This document shows, one piece after another, positions 37,706 through 50,194 of a stretch of 64,000 nt of DNA. Made by a program: the position numbers and the translations under genes. Position 1 is the first letter of the stretch. Each line of letters starts with the position of its first letter. Origin of the DNA: Mustelus asterias (taxonomy: Eukaryota); assembly GCF_964213995.1 (NCBI RefSeq), contig NC_135813.1, positions 21,700,001 through 21,764,000 of the forward strand, written 5' to 3'. A model generated the notes under the pieces. It ran no database searches, was not told the DNA's origin, and saw only the letters and a list, made by a program, of their open reading frames with translations.

Positions 37706-38400
37706 GGGGCCCGATTTTACCATTTTCATTCTAAGTGCTGAATCTGGGCGCAATTCAAATCCCACTTGGAAATCTGCTTTCAGGCGCCCCCATTAGCACT
37801 TAGCCTGAAAACAAAATCGCGTGTCTTAATGGTGCTGTGGGCGGGGCTTAGTGTGCCCGAAACAATCGGAGCTCTGAACTATGCATGCACAGTTAGAAAA
37901 AAAATTGAAAATCGTGCCACTGTCACATCGCTCCCGGGCTGCAAAAAGCAGATAAAGCGGCCCGAGAGCGATAGCCCCCACAGACATCATCCCCACCCTT
38001 ACAACATAACTGTCCCCCTTACCCACGCACACCCTCCGCTACCCAGACCGATTGCAACACCCTGCCCCCTTTCTCCCCCACCAATTGCCCACAGAATGGC
38101 AGCAGACCCTCCTGCCCCCCGCACCACCCCCACCACCCCCCGAGATCCATCTGGCCTCCCCCACCCCCGAGAATGATCAGGCTCCCCCACCCCACCCCCA
38201 GAGAAAGTTCGGGCCTCCCTCCCCCACCAGACAACGATCGGGCCCTCCCTCCTCCCCACCAGAGAATGATTGGGCCTCTTCCCCCACCCCCGCACCAGAA
38301 ATACATCTGACCCGCCTCCTCCTCCGCCACCCCTCCCCCCAACCAGAAAATGATCGGGCCTCCCTTCTTCCCGCCCCCCCCCCCCACCTCATCAGAGAAT
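37706..38400. mobile_element. non-autonomous Harbinger-like element with C-rich tandem array (38143-38390)
   Basis: TIR-like ggggcccgattttacc; repeated ccagagaatgatcgggcctccc units. Confidence 0.5.
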
Positions 38401-38439
38401 GGTCTGAAGGTTCATTGAATTGGTCCTGGGGATTATCCT

Positions 38440-38950
38440 CTGAGAGACACTCAGGGGTTTAAAAGAATGAGAGATAACCTCATTGAAACATATAGGCTGG
38501 AATTCTCCAGCCTTTCACTCTGACGGGATTCTCTGGTCCTGCTGTAGTGAACGGAGATTTGGCTGAGCACCAAATTCTCTGTCCTCATTTGCAGCCATGG
38601 AAGGGCATGAACGGCCGGAGAATTCCGGCCATAATATTCTGAAGGGGTTTGATACGGAAGTGCTGGGAGGTTGTTTCCTCTGGTCGCGGAATCTAAAACA
38701 CAAGGGGCACAGTCTCAGGAAAAGGGGCCAATCATTTAGGACTTGGATGGAAAGGAATAACTTCACTCAGAGTTGTTAATTTTGGAACCCCCAGATTGTT
38801 GTGGATACTCCACTGTTGAACATATTTAAAGCTCAAATAGATTTTTAGGATATCAGGGGATGTGTGGAGTGGGTGAGAGAAGCTTTGACTGCATTGAATG
38901 GTGGAGCAGACTTGATGGGCCAGATTCCTGCTGCTGTTTTCTGTGCTCTT
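38440..38950 (+). mobile_element. CR1 3' fragment interrupted by a MITE
   Basis: gataacctcattgaaacatat..attctgaaggggtttga..aaggggcacagtctcagg.. Confidence 0.8.
38495..38630. mobile_element. 136-bp MITE, PIF/Harbinger-like
   Basis: TIRs ggctggaattctcc / ggagaattccggcc; perfect 3-bp TSD ATA (38492-38494, 38631-38633); removing it restores the CR1 sequence. Confidence 0.85.
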
Positions 38951-39593
38951 CTTTCTTATTATGATTGTTATTTCACATATCAACCAGCTCAAAAAAATCT
39001 TTAAATTATGATTGACAGGGACCTGAATGGATAGAATGAATTTAGGGAATTGAATTTCCTTTCCCCTTTCCATTTCAGTACAAGTCAGGTGGAATGTACC
39101 TGAAGTTCACTCTGTCAAGATGGACCTCAATCTACCTATTCCTCTGGTCAGGCATGGTCACAATGTTCCCCTAGGGCAGAAACATCATTGGAAATGTATT
39201 TACTTAAATGTCCTGGCACAATGGTAATGATTGTCAGCTTCAGGCCCTATGGGTGCTGTCCATAAACAGCTGCTTGAGAGTTCCAATGCTTCTATCGTTG
39301 CTATCTCTACTTACCTATTTAGCATTGGAGCAGCTCTCCTGCAGCCTTTCCTTGACTTTTCCAATCTGGGCATAATCTCCATGGTTCACTTTTAATGAGA
39401 CCTGCTTAAAGGAAGGGAGATAGGAAATTAATCTGGGATTTGAGCATTAAACAATAGTCTTAACAGCAACAAGGCATAGTTATCCTGAAGGGTATTGTTC
39501 AATTTCAAACAATTCGAATCTTAAATCACATCCAATCAGAGATGCTATTGCTTAAAATAACTGTTCAAATCAAGTACTTCACAAATTATAATT

Positions 39594-42483
39594 GTAATTG
39601 TCACTGAACTAGTAATCCAGAGACCCAGGTAAATGCTTTGGGGACCCATGTTCCTGGAACCCCGGGACACATAGGAAACATCAAAAATAGAAGCAGGAGT
39701 AGGCCATTCAGCCCTTCGAGTCTGCTCCGCCATTCACTTTGATCATGGCTGATCATTAAATTCAATATCCTGATCCCCCTTCCCCCCATATCCCTTGATC
39801 CCTTTAGCCCCAAGAGCTATATCTAATTTCTTCTTGAAATCACATAATGTTTTGGCCTCAACTATTTTGTGTGACAGTGAATTCCACAGATTCACGACTC
39901 TCTGGGTGAAGAAATTTCTCCTCACCTCAGTTATAAAAGGTTTACCCCTTATCCTCAAACTACGACCCCTAGTTCTGGGCTCCCCCACAATCGGGAACAT
40001 TCTTTCTGAATCTACCCTGTCTAACCTTGTTAGAATTTTATAAATTTCTATTAGGATTGTATTCATGAGAGGGGATCTAACACATTTTATTCACTAATGC
40101 CCTTTAGGGACGGAAATTTGCTGTCCTTACCTGGTCTGGCCTACATGTGACTCACAGCAATGTAGTTGACTCAAATGTCTTCTGCAATGGCCAAACAAGC
40201 CACTCAGTTATATCAAAATGGCTAGAAAGTCGACAAAGAGTAAAACCAGACAGTCCACCCAGCATCGACTTTGCCATTGTTGTTTCCAGTGCCTAACCCA
40301 GCCCTGCCGACCCTGCATAGTTCTCCATACTAACATCTGGGGCTTGTGCCAAATTTGGGAGAGCTACCTCACAGACTAGTCAAGCAACAGCCTGACATAG
40401 TCACACTCACAGAGTCATACCTTACAGATAATGTCCCAGATACCACCATCACCATCCCTGGGTATGTCCTGTCCCACTGGCAAGATAGACCCAGCAGAGG
40501 TGATAGCACAGTGGCATTCAGTCAGGAATGAGTTACCTTGGGAGTCCTCAACATTGATCCCAGACCCCATCATGTTTCATGGCATCAGGTCAACCTTGGG
40601 CAAATTTACTTCCTGCCAATGAGCACATATCACTCCCCCTCTCAACTGATGAATCCGTATCCCTCCATGTTGAACGCTACTTGGCAGAAGCACTGACGGT
40701 GGCCAGGGAGTAGACTGTATTCTGGGTGAGGGACTTCAATGTTCATCACCACGAGTGGTTTGGTAGCACCACTACTAACTGAGATGGTTGAGTCCTGAAG
40801 GACATTGCTGCTAAAGGGGTCTGCAGCAGGTGGTGAGGGAACCAATGAGGGACAAACATACTTGACCTCATCCTCACTAATCTGCCTGTTGTAGATGCTT
40901 CTGTCCATGATAGTATCGGTAGGAGTGACCACCGCACAGTCCTTGTACAGACTAAATCTCATCTTCACATTGAAGATATCCTGCATCATGTCCTGTGGCA
41001 CTACTCCCGTACTAAATGGGATAAATTTCAAACCAATCTCTCAATTCAAAACTCGGCATCCCTGAGGTGCTGGGAACCATCAGCAGCAGCAGAATTGTAC
41101 TCACCACAATCTGTAACCTTGTGGCTTGGCATATCCCCCACTCTACCAAGCCAGGGGATCGACCTTAGTTCAATGAAGAGTGCAGGAGGACATGACAAGA
41201 GCAGCATGAGGCATAACAGGGCAAATCCAACCGAGCTAATTACCACCCCATCAGTCCACTCTTGGTCATTAACATAGTAATAGGAGTCATCAACTGTGCT
41301 CTCAAGTGGCATTTGCTTAACAATAACCTGCTCATTGACTCTCAGTTTGGATTCCATCGAGGTCACTCAGCTACTGCCCTTATTACAGGCTTAGTTCAAA
41401 CATGGACAAAAGAGCTAAACTCCAGGGGTGAGCTGAATGTGACTACCCTTGAAATCAAAGCAGCATTTGACTGAGTGTGGCATCAAGGAGCCTGAGCAAA
41501 TTCTACGACACAACTCTGAGGAACTCCTGTGATAATATCCAGGAACTGAGATAATGGGAATTGGGGGAAAACTCTTTGCTAGTTGGAACCATGCCTCGCA
41601 CAAAGGAAAATGGTTGTGGTTGTTGGAAGTCAATCATCTTAGTTCCAGGACACAACCACAGGTGATCCTTGGGTAGTGACCTAGGCCTAATGATTTTTAA
41701 TTGCTTCATCAATGACTTTCCTTCCACAATAAGGTCAGAAATGCAGATGTTCACTGATGATTGCACAATGTTCAGCACTTTCATGACTCCTCAGATACTG
41801 ACTCCTCAGAACTGGGGTTATCATTTGACCAGAAATTGAGCTGGGCCAGCCAAATAAATACTGTGGCTACAAGAACAGAGTAAGAAGTGGCCAGAGGCTA
41901 GGATTCCTGTGGCGAGTAACTCACCTCCTGACTCCTCAAAAACTTGTCCACCATCTACAAGTCAGGAGTGTGGTGGAATACTCTCCACTTCCCTGGATGA
42001 GTATAGCTCTAACAACACTCAAGAAGCTTGACAGCACTCAGGACAAAGCAGTCTGCTTGATTGGCACTCCATCCACAAACATTCACTCCCTCCATCCCTG
42101 ATGCACAGTCGCTGCAGTATGGTATGTACCATTTACAAGATGCACTACAGGAGCTCATCAAAGCTCCTTTGATAGCAACTTCCAAACCCAGGAGTGCTAC
42201 CATCTAGAAAAAGGACAGCAGATGCTTGGGAACACCACCACCTGGAAGTTCCCCTGCAAGCCACATACCCTCTTGATTTGGAAATATATCGCTGTTTCTT
42301 CACCGTCGCTGGGCCAAAATCTTGGAACACCTTCCCTAACAGCACTGTGGGTGCACCTACACCTCATGAACTGCAGCGGTTCAGGAAGGCAGCTCATCAC
42401 CACCGTCTCGAGGGCAATTAGGGAAGGGCAATAAATGTTGGCTTAGCCAGTGAAGTCCACATCCCTTAAACGAATTAAAAAAT
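39594..42483 (+). mobile_element. near full-length CR1-group LINE (APE + RT) with SINE-like 5' head, internally deleted and degenerate
   Basis: APE: LGELPHRLVKQQPDIVTLTESYL, DFNVHH, LDLILTN, SDH; RT: EIKAAFD.VWHQG, FNCFINDFP, FTDD; tail gggcaataaatg..A-rich. Confidence 0.85.
39670..40050 (-). mobile_element. CR1 3' fragment inserted in the 5' region of the LINE
   Basis: ORF IEIYKILTRLDRVDSERMFP..RNFFTQRVVNLWNSL; tail tttcctatg. Confidence 0.9.
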
Positions 42484-44895
42484 AATTATATTAAATATTA
42501 GGAAAATGCTGCGGATAGTGAATAATGCCACAAAGTGGGCTCTAGGAGATAATGGTGGCCATATTTCTCCCTTTGCTTTTTAAACATAACACCCTATTCA
42601 AGGAACAGCTACGTCACCACCAGAAGCACAAGTTGGAAAACAGAGAAGGTCTCCAAGTTTTGTCAATCTACATCATTTGTTTCACAATCTATAATCTAAA
42701 AATGATTTGTTAGAAGACAAATTTCCGAGCAATAGGTTGTGAGAATCTTCAAAATTTCACCTGATCTTGAAAGATCTATGCCACAGTTCCAGATGTTTGG
42801 TAAGTTTATATTCTGGTCTCCTCCTCCATACAATCAGCCAGTACTGAAAAACAAAATGAAAAAGTACCATGCAGCAATGATATTTGCAGAATAGTATATG
42901 CAGCAGCCACAGTTATATTGCATCTATGCTGCAATTATTTTTCAATGGCATCTACAGCTGTCTCCAATCCCAGGCCACATGTGATCAGTTTTGGCACTGG
43001 TCCTCCTGTCCTTAACATTTCCGAGGCTCCGATAAGATTCCAGCCGAACCGTTGAATCCTCCAATGAGCAGCAATCATTGTATTGCAGCTGTGAGAAAGA
43101 ATCTCCCAGAAAGAGAGTCCACATTCTATAGATAAATGAAGGGAAGACTTTTTTACACATCACAATGTCCTAAGTAGGGCGGAGATAACTCATACTTTTC
43201 TGAGGTTCTCTCCAAACAGAGAAGATCCCAGCCACAGCAGGCAGATTCCAGCCTTCCTAAGGCCACAATCCCAAATATCCGAGAGCCTCCGAGAGGATGT
43301 CATGTACCAGTGAAACAGGTCATGGATGATGTTCATCCCACTGTGATCTGGTTGAAATCAGATACGTGTTGATTTGTTTCTTCATATTTGTATGATACAG
43401 TGGGCAGAGCAAGGATAACAGAACAGATGTGCTCTCTAATCAAGCTACTCACAGCATATTTTCATGACCAGTAACCCTCCCCCATGCAACTCTGGACTGT
43501 AGCCATTCAGAGCTATGTTGAGGCATATCTGTGCCTTTCTAGTTGGAACGGACATCCATGTCCCTTGTGTCTGAAATGACCTCTTTACAGGTCTACCAAG
43601 CAAAATATTACTCGATGATGCTCTCAAATCTGAAGATATGTAAGAGAAATACGTTAGAGCTTTCCTCAAGTCTGATTAACATGGTTTACTTTAGTTATTT
43701 TGTGTAGAATATTCATTAAAATGTTTAAATAGGTGCATAATGAAAATTATTCAGGCAAACAGTTATGTGAATAAGTAGTTACATATGTCTTATTTCCCTG
43801 TAGAGTAAGATTTTATATACCTGTATTACATATATATAATGTACACTCACTGTCATCTTATGTTTGCCTAATCCATGTCCTCTTACTGATTCTGTAAACC
43901 CAGTGGACTGAGCTCTGCAGGATGCCATTAAACACAATCCCTGTGTCCACATTAGGATTGCCATTTGAGGAATATTAAGGATTAGCACCAAAACTGCACA
44001 TGGTATTTCAAATGTGGCCTCATGCAGTATCTATACGAGGTTCTACCAGGCCAAGTTGTGAAACTCTGGTGCCTAGTTCAATTGATCAGCCTATTTGCCT
44101 ATGAATTAATTCTATCCTTGCTCAATTCGAACAATAGCCCCTGGGTAGTCATCAGGAGTGTCATCGACCTTGCACAGCACCAAGGCCACTTGTGACAACC
44201 TGTAACTTGTTGGCGAGGATCTCCAAACTGGAGATTGAACTTTGGATGTTCGTGGTTTAGATGACTCAGTCCCATGACAGAAAATCATCTTTACCCACTA
44301 AACCATTGGGAGATCTGGTTCAATAATTAATTTCGATTGAAATCTTATGGGCTCATCATGCAAGACACTTGATTAACCTTATTGCTGTTGAATAGACTGA
44401 GACCCAGACCTGACAGAGCAATATTCCTTCAAATAGCAGTAAGAAATATCAGAGGCATCAGAATGTGGTTATCAAATGTTATGCCAGTCACATGATCTGC
44501 TCTCGACCGTGAATGCACAATACAAACTCTTTTCATTACATTAACAAGGAGCAGCATAATTTAAAGATCCTTAGCTTGTTCATGTCAATTTATTTTGTGT
44601 TGGCCAACTAATGTTGTTCCTTATGCATTGTTCCATATTCTAATGTTTTTAGAATTGGTAAGTGGATATGTTTGTGTAACTCATTAGAAGTCATCAAAAG
44701 TAATTGAAATTGGAAAGAGTTTTCAAATCCAAAATTGGATTAGGTGATTTCTATTTGTTGCAATTAGGAAAAGGACAAACATTCATTTGCTTTTTTTTGT
44801 GAATTCATGTTAATTCAATGTCTAAGAATCGTACTCCTCAGCTCCTGGAATTATTGAACATTAAATCAAATGATACAATCATTAGATTCAATAAT

Positions 44896-45214
44896 CTTAG
44901 AATCCCTACGGTACAGAAGGAGGCCCTTCAGCCCATCGAGTCTGTACCGACCACAATCCCACCCAGGCCTTATTCCTGTAACCCCACACATTTATCCTGC
45001 TAATCTCTCTGACACTAGTGTCAATTTAGCATGGACAATCAATCTAACCCACACATCTTTGGACTGTGGGAGGAAACCAGAGCACCCTGAGGAAACCCAC
45101 GCAGACACAGGGAGAAAGTGCAAACTCCACAGAGACAGTGAGCCGAGGCCAGAATTGAACCTGGGACCCTGGTGCTGTGAAGCAGCAGTGCTAACCACTG
45201 TGCCATCGCGCCGT
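44896..45214 (-). mobile_element. full-length HE1-like V-SINE
   Basis: Minus-strand head ggcacagtggttagcactgctgc, B box ggttcaattc, V domain and CR1-type tail. Confidence 0.9.
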
Positions 45215-45893
45215 GCATGATGATGATGATGGTAATAACTTATGAACTGGAGCCTTTGCAATGTTCTGTTGTGTATACAATGCGACACCAAACAAATCCC
45301 TGGAGACCATTACTGCACCCAGTGATCTTCAATCTTTATCTAACATCCAGACAATATTCATTTCCATGTCTTCGTGGGGGTCCCTATTTACTTATATCAG
45401 ATGATCTATTAACATGGTTTATCAATGAAATAACCTCTGGCCACACAATCCAATTGCTGTTTTATGATAGGTCCATCTGCATATCAAACAATATAACTCA
45501 AAGAAGTTGCTCACTCAGCATTTTGTTGCAAATCACATATGGAAAAAATCTTAAAGAGAAAAAGAAACAAAATAAGAACGTTCAGAAGCTTTGCCAAAAA
45601 AAGTTGAAAGGTTGAAAAAGTCAGTTTATCTTAGTTCTAGGGGAAAACAGTGATATTTTTCTCTTTTTGATACTAATTTTCCTTCATCCCTACTCAGAGA
45701 TTACTTGATGAATTTAGTAATAAATATTTGCATGTCAAACAATTTCATAAAGTTTTGTTGACTCCTGAACTTGTGAATCTTTGAAGATTCATGCCTGGTG
45801 TACTCCTAATATCATGTGTTTGAAATAGTGTACTATCCTAATTCTTTCTGCCCAGATTGAGTTGATGAGTATTCTTTTTGCTTTCTTAACTAG

Positions 45894-46534
45894 CTGTCCG
45901 TGCGGACAGAATGAGAGGAGGAAGAAACAAATTTGGACCAATGTACAAGCGGGACCGAGCCTTAAAACAGCAAAAGAAAGCCCTGATACGAGCAAATGGC
46001 TTTAAGCTAGAGACTGTTCCTCAAATGGTGTCATCGGGACAGACTGACTATCCACATTCAACTGCCATGCATAATATACATTCTGTGTCCAAAGGCATGC
46101 CACCGAACCCAGCCACTTTACCAGCTACAGATTATGACAGAAACCTATATGGAGCGTCATCAATCGGCATGTCTGTGCCAAACCATGGAGCACTGCCAAA
46201 CTATCAGTACACATCGTTTCATAACCGGACAATCAAGTCTGAATACCCAGACCACTACGCAAATTCACCAGAATCTCTGGCTGGCTATCCCTATCCAGAC
46301 ACCTATCAATCCAATTCTCCTACAGTCCCACAGCTGATTCTAGAGCTCTTACGGTGTGAACCTGATGAACTTCAAGTCCAAACTAAGATTTTGACATATC
46401 TACAACAGGAACAGGCCAATAGGGGAAAACATGAAAAGCTTAGCACATTTGGCCTCATGTGCAAAATGGCTGACCAGACCCTCTTTTCCATAGTTGAATG
46501 GGCACGCAGTTGTATATTCTTCAGAGAACTTAAG
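45894..46534 (+). CDS. nr5a1: NR5A1 exon: FTZ-F1 box, hinge and start of the LBD
   Basis: [69 protein letters not shown]; acceptor ttcttaactAG, donor AAG|GTAAGA; phase 1 matches the previous exon. Confidence 0.95.
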
Positions 46535-48169
46535 GTAAGACAATCTTCAACTTGATTAGTGTAAGTTGTTGCTGAGGAAGTAATCAATCATGCTATTTTG
46601 CACTTGACTAATTATATTGAGTACTGTTTCTTACATTTTCTACATTTACTGATTCTTTTACCAGCAAATATTATACAACAGGGTTCCAGTTGGCAGGGCT
46701 GTATCACCCCCTATATTGATAACTGCTGTTCACAGTTCTCCAATATCATGCCAGCGGATGGCATGATTTGATCGGAGTCAGACTGTGTCAATTATCCTGT
46801 CACAGATATGAAAAGGTTGTCTTCCTGCAGTCTCATTCGACCTTTTACAGAGGTTGGAGTGGCAGCCATTTGGGACAATGGTTCCAACTCACAGGTTTCT
46901 GACTAAAGGTCAGATACTGAACCACCTAAGCAGCTGGGCCACCTGCAAGTTTTCTCGAACATGATGATGTTTAAGTGTTCTGCAACTGAAAACTTTGTGC
47001 TTCATTTGAGATAATGACTGAACCAGTTTTGAATGTTTGCTTCTTTTCTTATTTCATTCAGGAAATGATTATCATTGAATCCTAAATATTCCTTAAAGTA
47101 CCATTTGGCCTTCTGGAAAAACAAATAATTTTAAAACCATTGGGCACCTATGTAAAATATACAAAGAAGTGGACTTTAAAAGCAAGATGTGTTTTTAGCA
47201 TCAAAATTTAACAGATCATGTATTAAAATACTTTATATTCTTTATATGCTTGGAAAATATACTTTTGATTCTTGGAAAATATACTACAAATCAAAGTGTT
47301 TTGGCTATTCTGGTATCCTCTTACTGATTGAAGAGATTTTCTTGTTCATAGAAATTGAAGTGTGGAATCATCACTTTCATTTAATGAGTTAACCAGGTCA
47401 GCCAAGATCTACTAATGGTTCCATTTTCGATCATTTCTTTTATTTTATTTAGATGACTATTTGAAAAACTATTTCAGGTCACTTTTTGTGTAACTTGGAA
47501 AATGAGTTGCCAAGCTGCCAAGAGGCATGGGAATGAAGACATTAGCTGATATTTATTTGCAAATGTGAAGAATCAGATTTAGAGATCGTCATTACAGCAG
47601 AATAATAAAAGATACAAACTGATATCTCAAAGCAAATATCTGGCATTTCCAAAAAGGTAGTGTCATTATTTCAATACGTTCCAATACATAATAAGATACT
47701 TTGAACACTTTTAGCCTTGGTACATGCTATCTAAAAATTGGTTTCGGCTTAAATTCTTAGAAACTGAAACTGGTAGTTGTTATTGATAGATACAGCAGTG
47801 TAGTGACTGTTGTTCTATAGTTTGTTTACTTTTCTGAGTCCATACCGTGGCTTAACTAATCAAGCACAGTGAGCATCCATAGTAAACAGACCCACATAAT
47901 TGAACACTACAGTAATTGTGTTACTGGATTACTTTCCAGAGGCTTGAACTAATAACTCAGAGAGTCAAATATCATCACACAGATTTGAACTGAGTTGTAA
48001 ACAACTTGAATTTTTGTTTAAAATCCGTAAAAACGAGGGCATGGTTATGATGGGCCAAATTACTTCCCACTGTGCTGTAACCCATGCAGACACAGGGAGA
48101 ACATGTAAACTTCACACAGACAGTCACCTGAAGTAGTGTTAACCACTTTGCCACCCTAACAAGATCAAA

Positions 48170-48540
48170 CAAGATTTGACACTAAGCCACAAGGAGATAT
48201 TAAGACAGATGACCAAAACTTGGTCAAAGGGATAGGGCTATGGGAGGTTACAGAGGTAGGGAGAGATGAGGCCACTCAAGGATTTGAAAGCAAGGATGAT
48301 AATGATAAAATTGAGGCACAGCCAGACAGGAATCCACTCCAGGTTAGCGAACAGGACATTATGTAACTTTGGGTACAAGTGGCAGCATTTTAAAAGGTTG
48401 AGTTTATGGAGGGTGGTAAGGTGAGAGACCAGCCAGGACAGCATTGAAATTGTCAAATCTGCAGGTGACAAAGGCGTGGATGAGAGTTTCAGCAGCAGAT
48501 GAGCTGAGGCACTGTGAGGACAGATGTCATTATGGAGATG
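48170..48540 (-). mobile_element. old L2 LINE 3' remnant
   Basis: Minus ORF ..LEWIPV..FIIIILAFKSLSGLISPYLCNL resembles the L2 ORF2 C-terminus. Confidence 0.7.
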
Positions 48541-48567
48541 GATGTAAAGAAGCTACTTCTATAGTTT

Positions 48568-48613
48568 AAGTAGTGGTAGCCTTCAGTTCTTAAACTGAAG
48601 GCTACCACTACTT
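48568..48613. repeat. perfect 21-bp inverted repeat with 4-nt loop
   Basis: aagtagtggtagccttcagtt-ctta-aactgaaggctaccactactt. Confidence 0.95.
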
Positions 48614-50194
48614 TCCTTAAGCAATTAAGGACTGGTAATAGATGCACGCCTTAAGGTGATGCCACATCTCAAGAATAAATATTTAACAAAAAAAGGAACC
48701 CAACTAATTCAGCAGGCAAGAGGGGATTTTCAAAGTTTCATTTGTGATTTAAATTGGTTAAAGTTTGACTAACCTAATGCACACGACTCCATTTGTTCAA
48801 CGCTGCCGAAAATCCCTGTCACTTTTCCCACTGTCAAGACATTCTACCTTATTTTCTGCTAAATGTAAAAATAACTACAACAGGTGAATCAGACAGACTT
48901 CCTACCCTTTTTCTAATTCCCAAATGACGACTTCTTCCTAATGTTAGCTCTTTGGCTCAAATGCTAGCCATCACTGCTCCCATCTTCCCCACAGCATCAA
49001 AATAATTATGTTCCATGGCACAATATATTTCATTTAAGAATGTTGCTCTGATCATGTTGAATCTTCTCTGATGCTCACACCGTGGTTTTCTGGTATCTGA
49101 TATGCTGGGCTTGTTAATGCTCTATAAGCCGGTTCTTCCACATCTTCACCACTTAGGATTCCCCACGAACGTGCCAAACTTTCACGACAGGCTGCTCACC
49201 ATTGTAGAGCTAATAAGTTTTAAAAACATTCCTTCACGTTTGTCCTGTGTGGTTATCACGGCAAGATAGTAAAAGGAAATCTGACTGAAATTAGATTACT
49301 TTAGAGAAATGAACCCAAATTGTCCTTGTAGCTTTCTTCATTGTTTGTTTCCTGGCAATACTCTGAATGTGGCAATTGTTGCAGGTAAATTCATTTAACA
49401 GCAGCTGGCTGGAAGTTAATGTATTGCTGGGGCAAATCATTGAGATTGTTACAAAGTCTAAAGTGGAGACAACGAAGCTGAAGAACAATCAAAGTGACAA
49501 AATAATCTTACCTATCTCCTTTTGGATAATGATTTAAAATACATCACTTGTCAAAGGATAGGCATCGATGCAATAACTAGTGGTGTGAAGCATGGTGTCA
49601 AGTGAAAAACGTAATTGAAAGATGTCATATTGAGAAATTATAGTTGAGAAAATTCTATCTGCGATCTTTGGGAGAAAATCAATACTGTCATATAAGGGCC
49701 ACATTAGCAGTGGACAGAGCAGGCAAGGTCACCTCCATGTTTGTCAGATTCTACTTGCAGCTCAAGTTGTTGCCATCTTTCATCAAACCTCTTGATAAAG
49801 AACTATAGCTGGAAATTTAATCTTGGCAGCTGTGGAAATTCGCTTTAAAATAAATAACTCCAACATAAACAACGGTGACAGGACGTAATATTTTTACAAT
49901 GGACTTTTGTAGAGATGCCCTATTTAAGAAGCGATATGATTGTGCAAAGTTAATTTTGGTAACTAGGTAAGTGAGATAATCTAAACAATGGTGAAACTAG
50001 GCTCTGTACTCCATTTCCCCTATTCTACTTGACTGTTGCACTGTGATAACCATATTTCAATGCCTCTGTTTCCTGAATTAAAATGAGCACCTACTCTTTT
50101 AGGGGAATCTCAACTAAAATAAAATACTTAAGTGTATCCTGTACTGTGCAAAAGATAACTCAGCATTTTATTCTTCCAGTAAGTTGTTTTTGCA

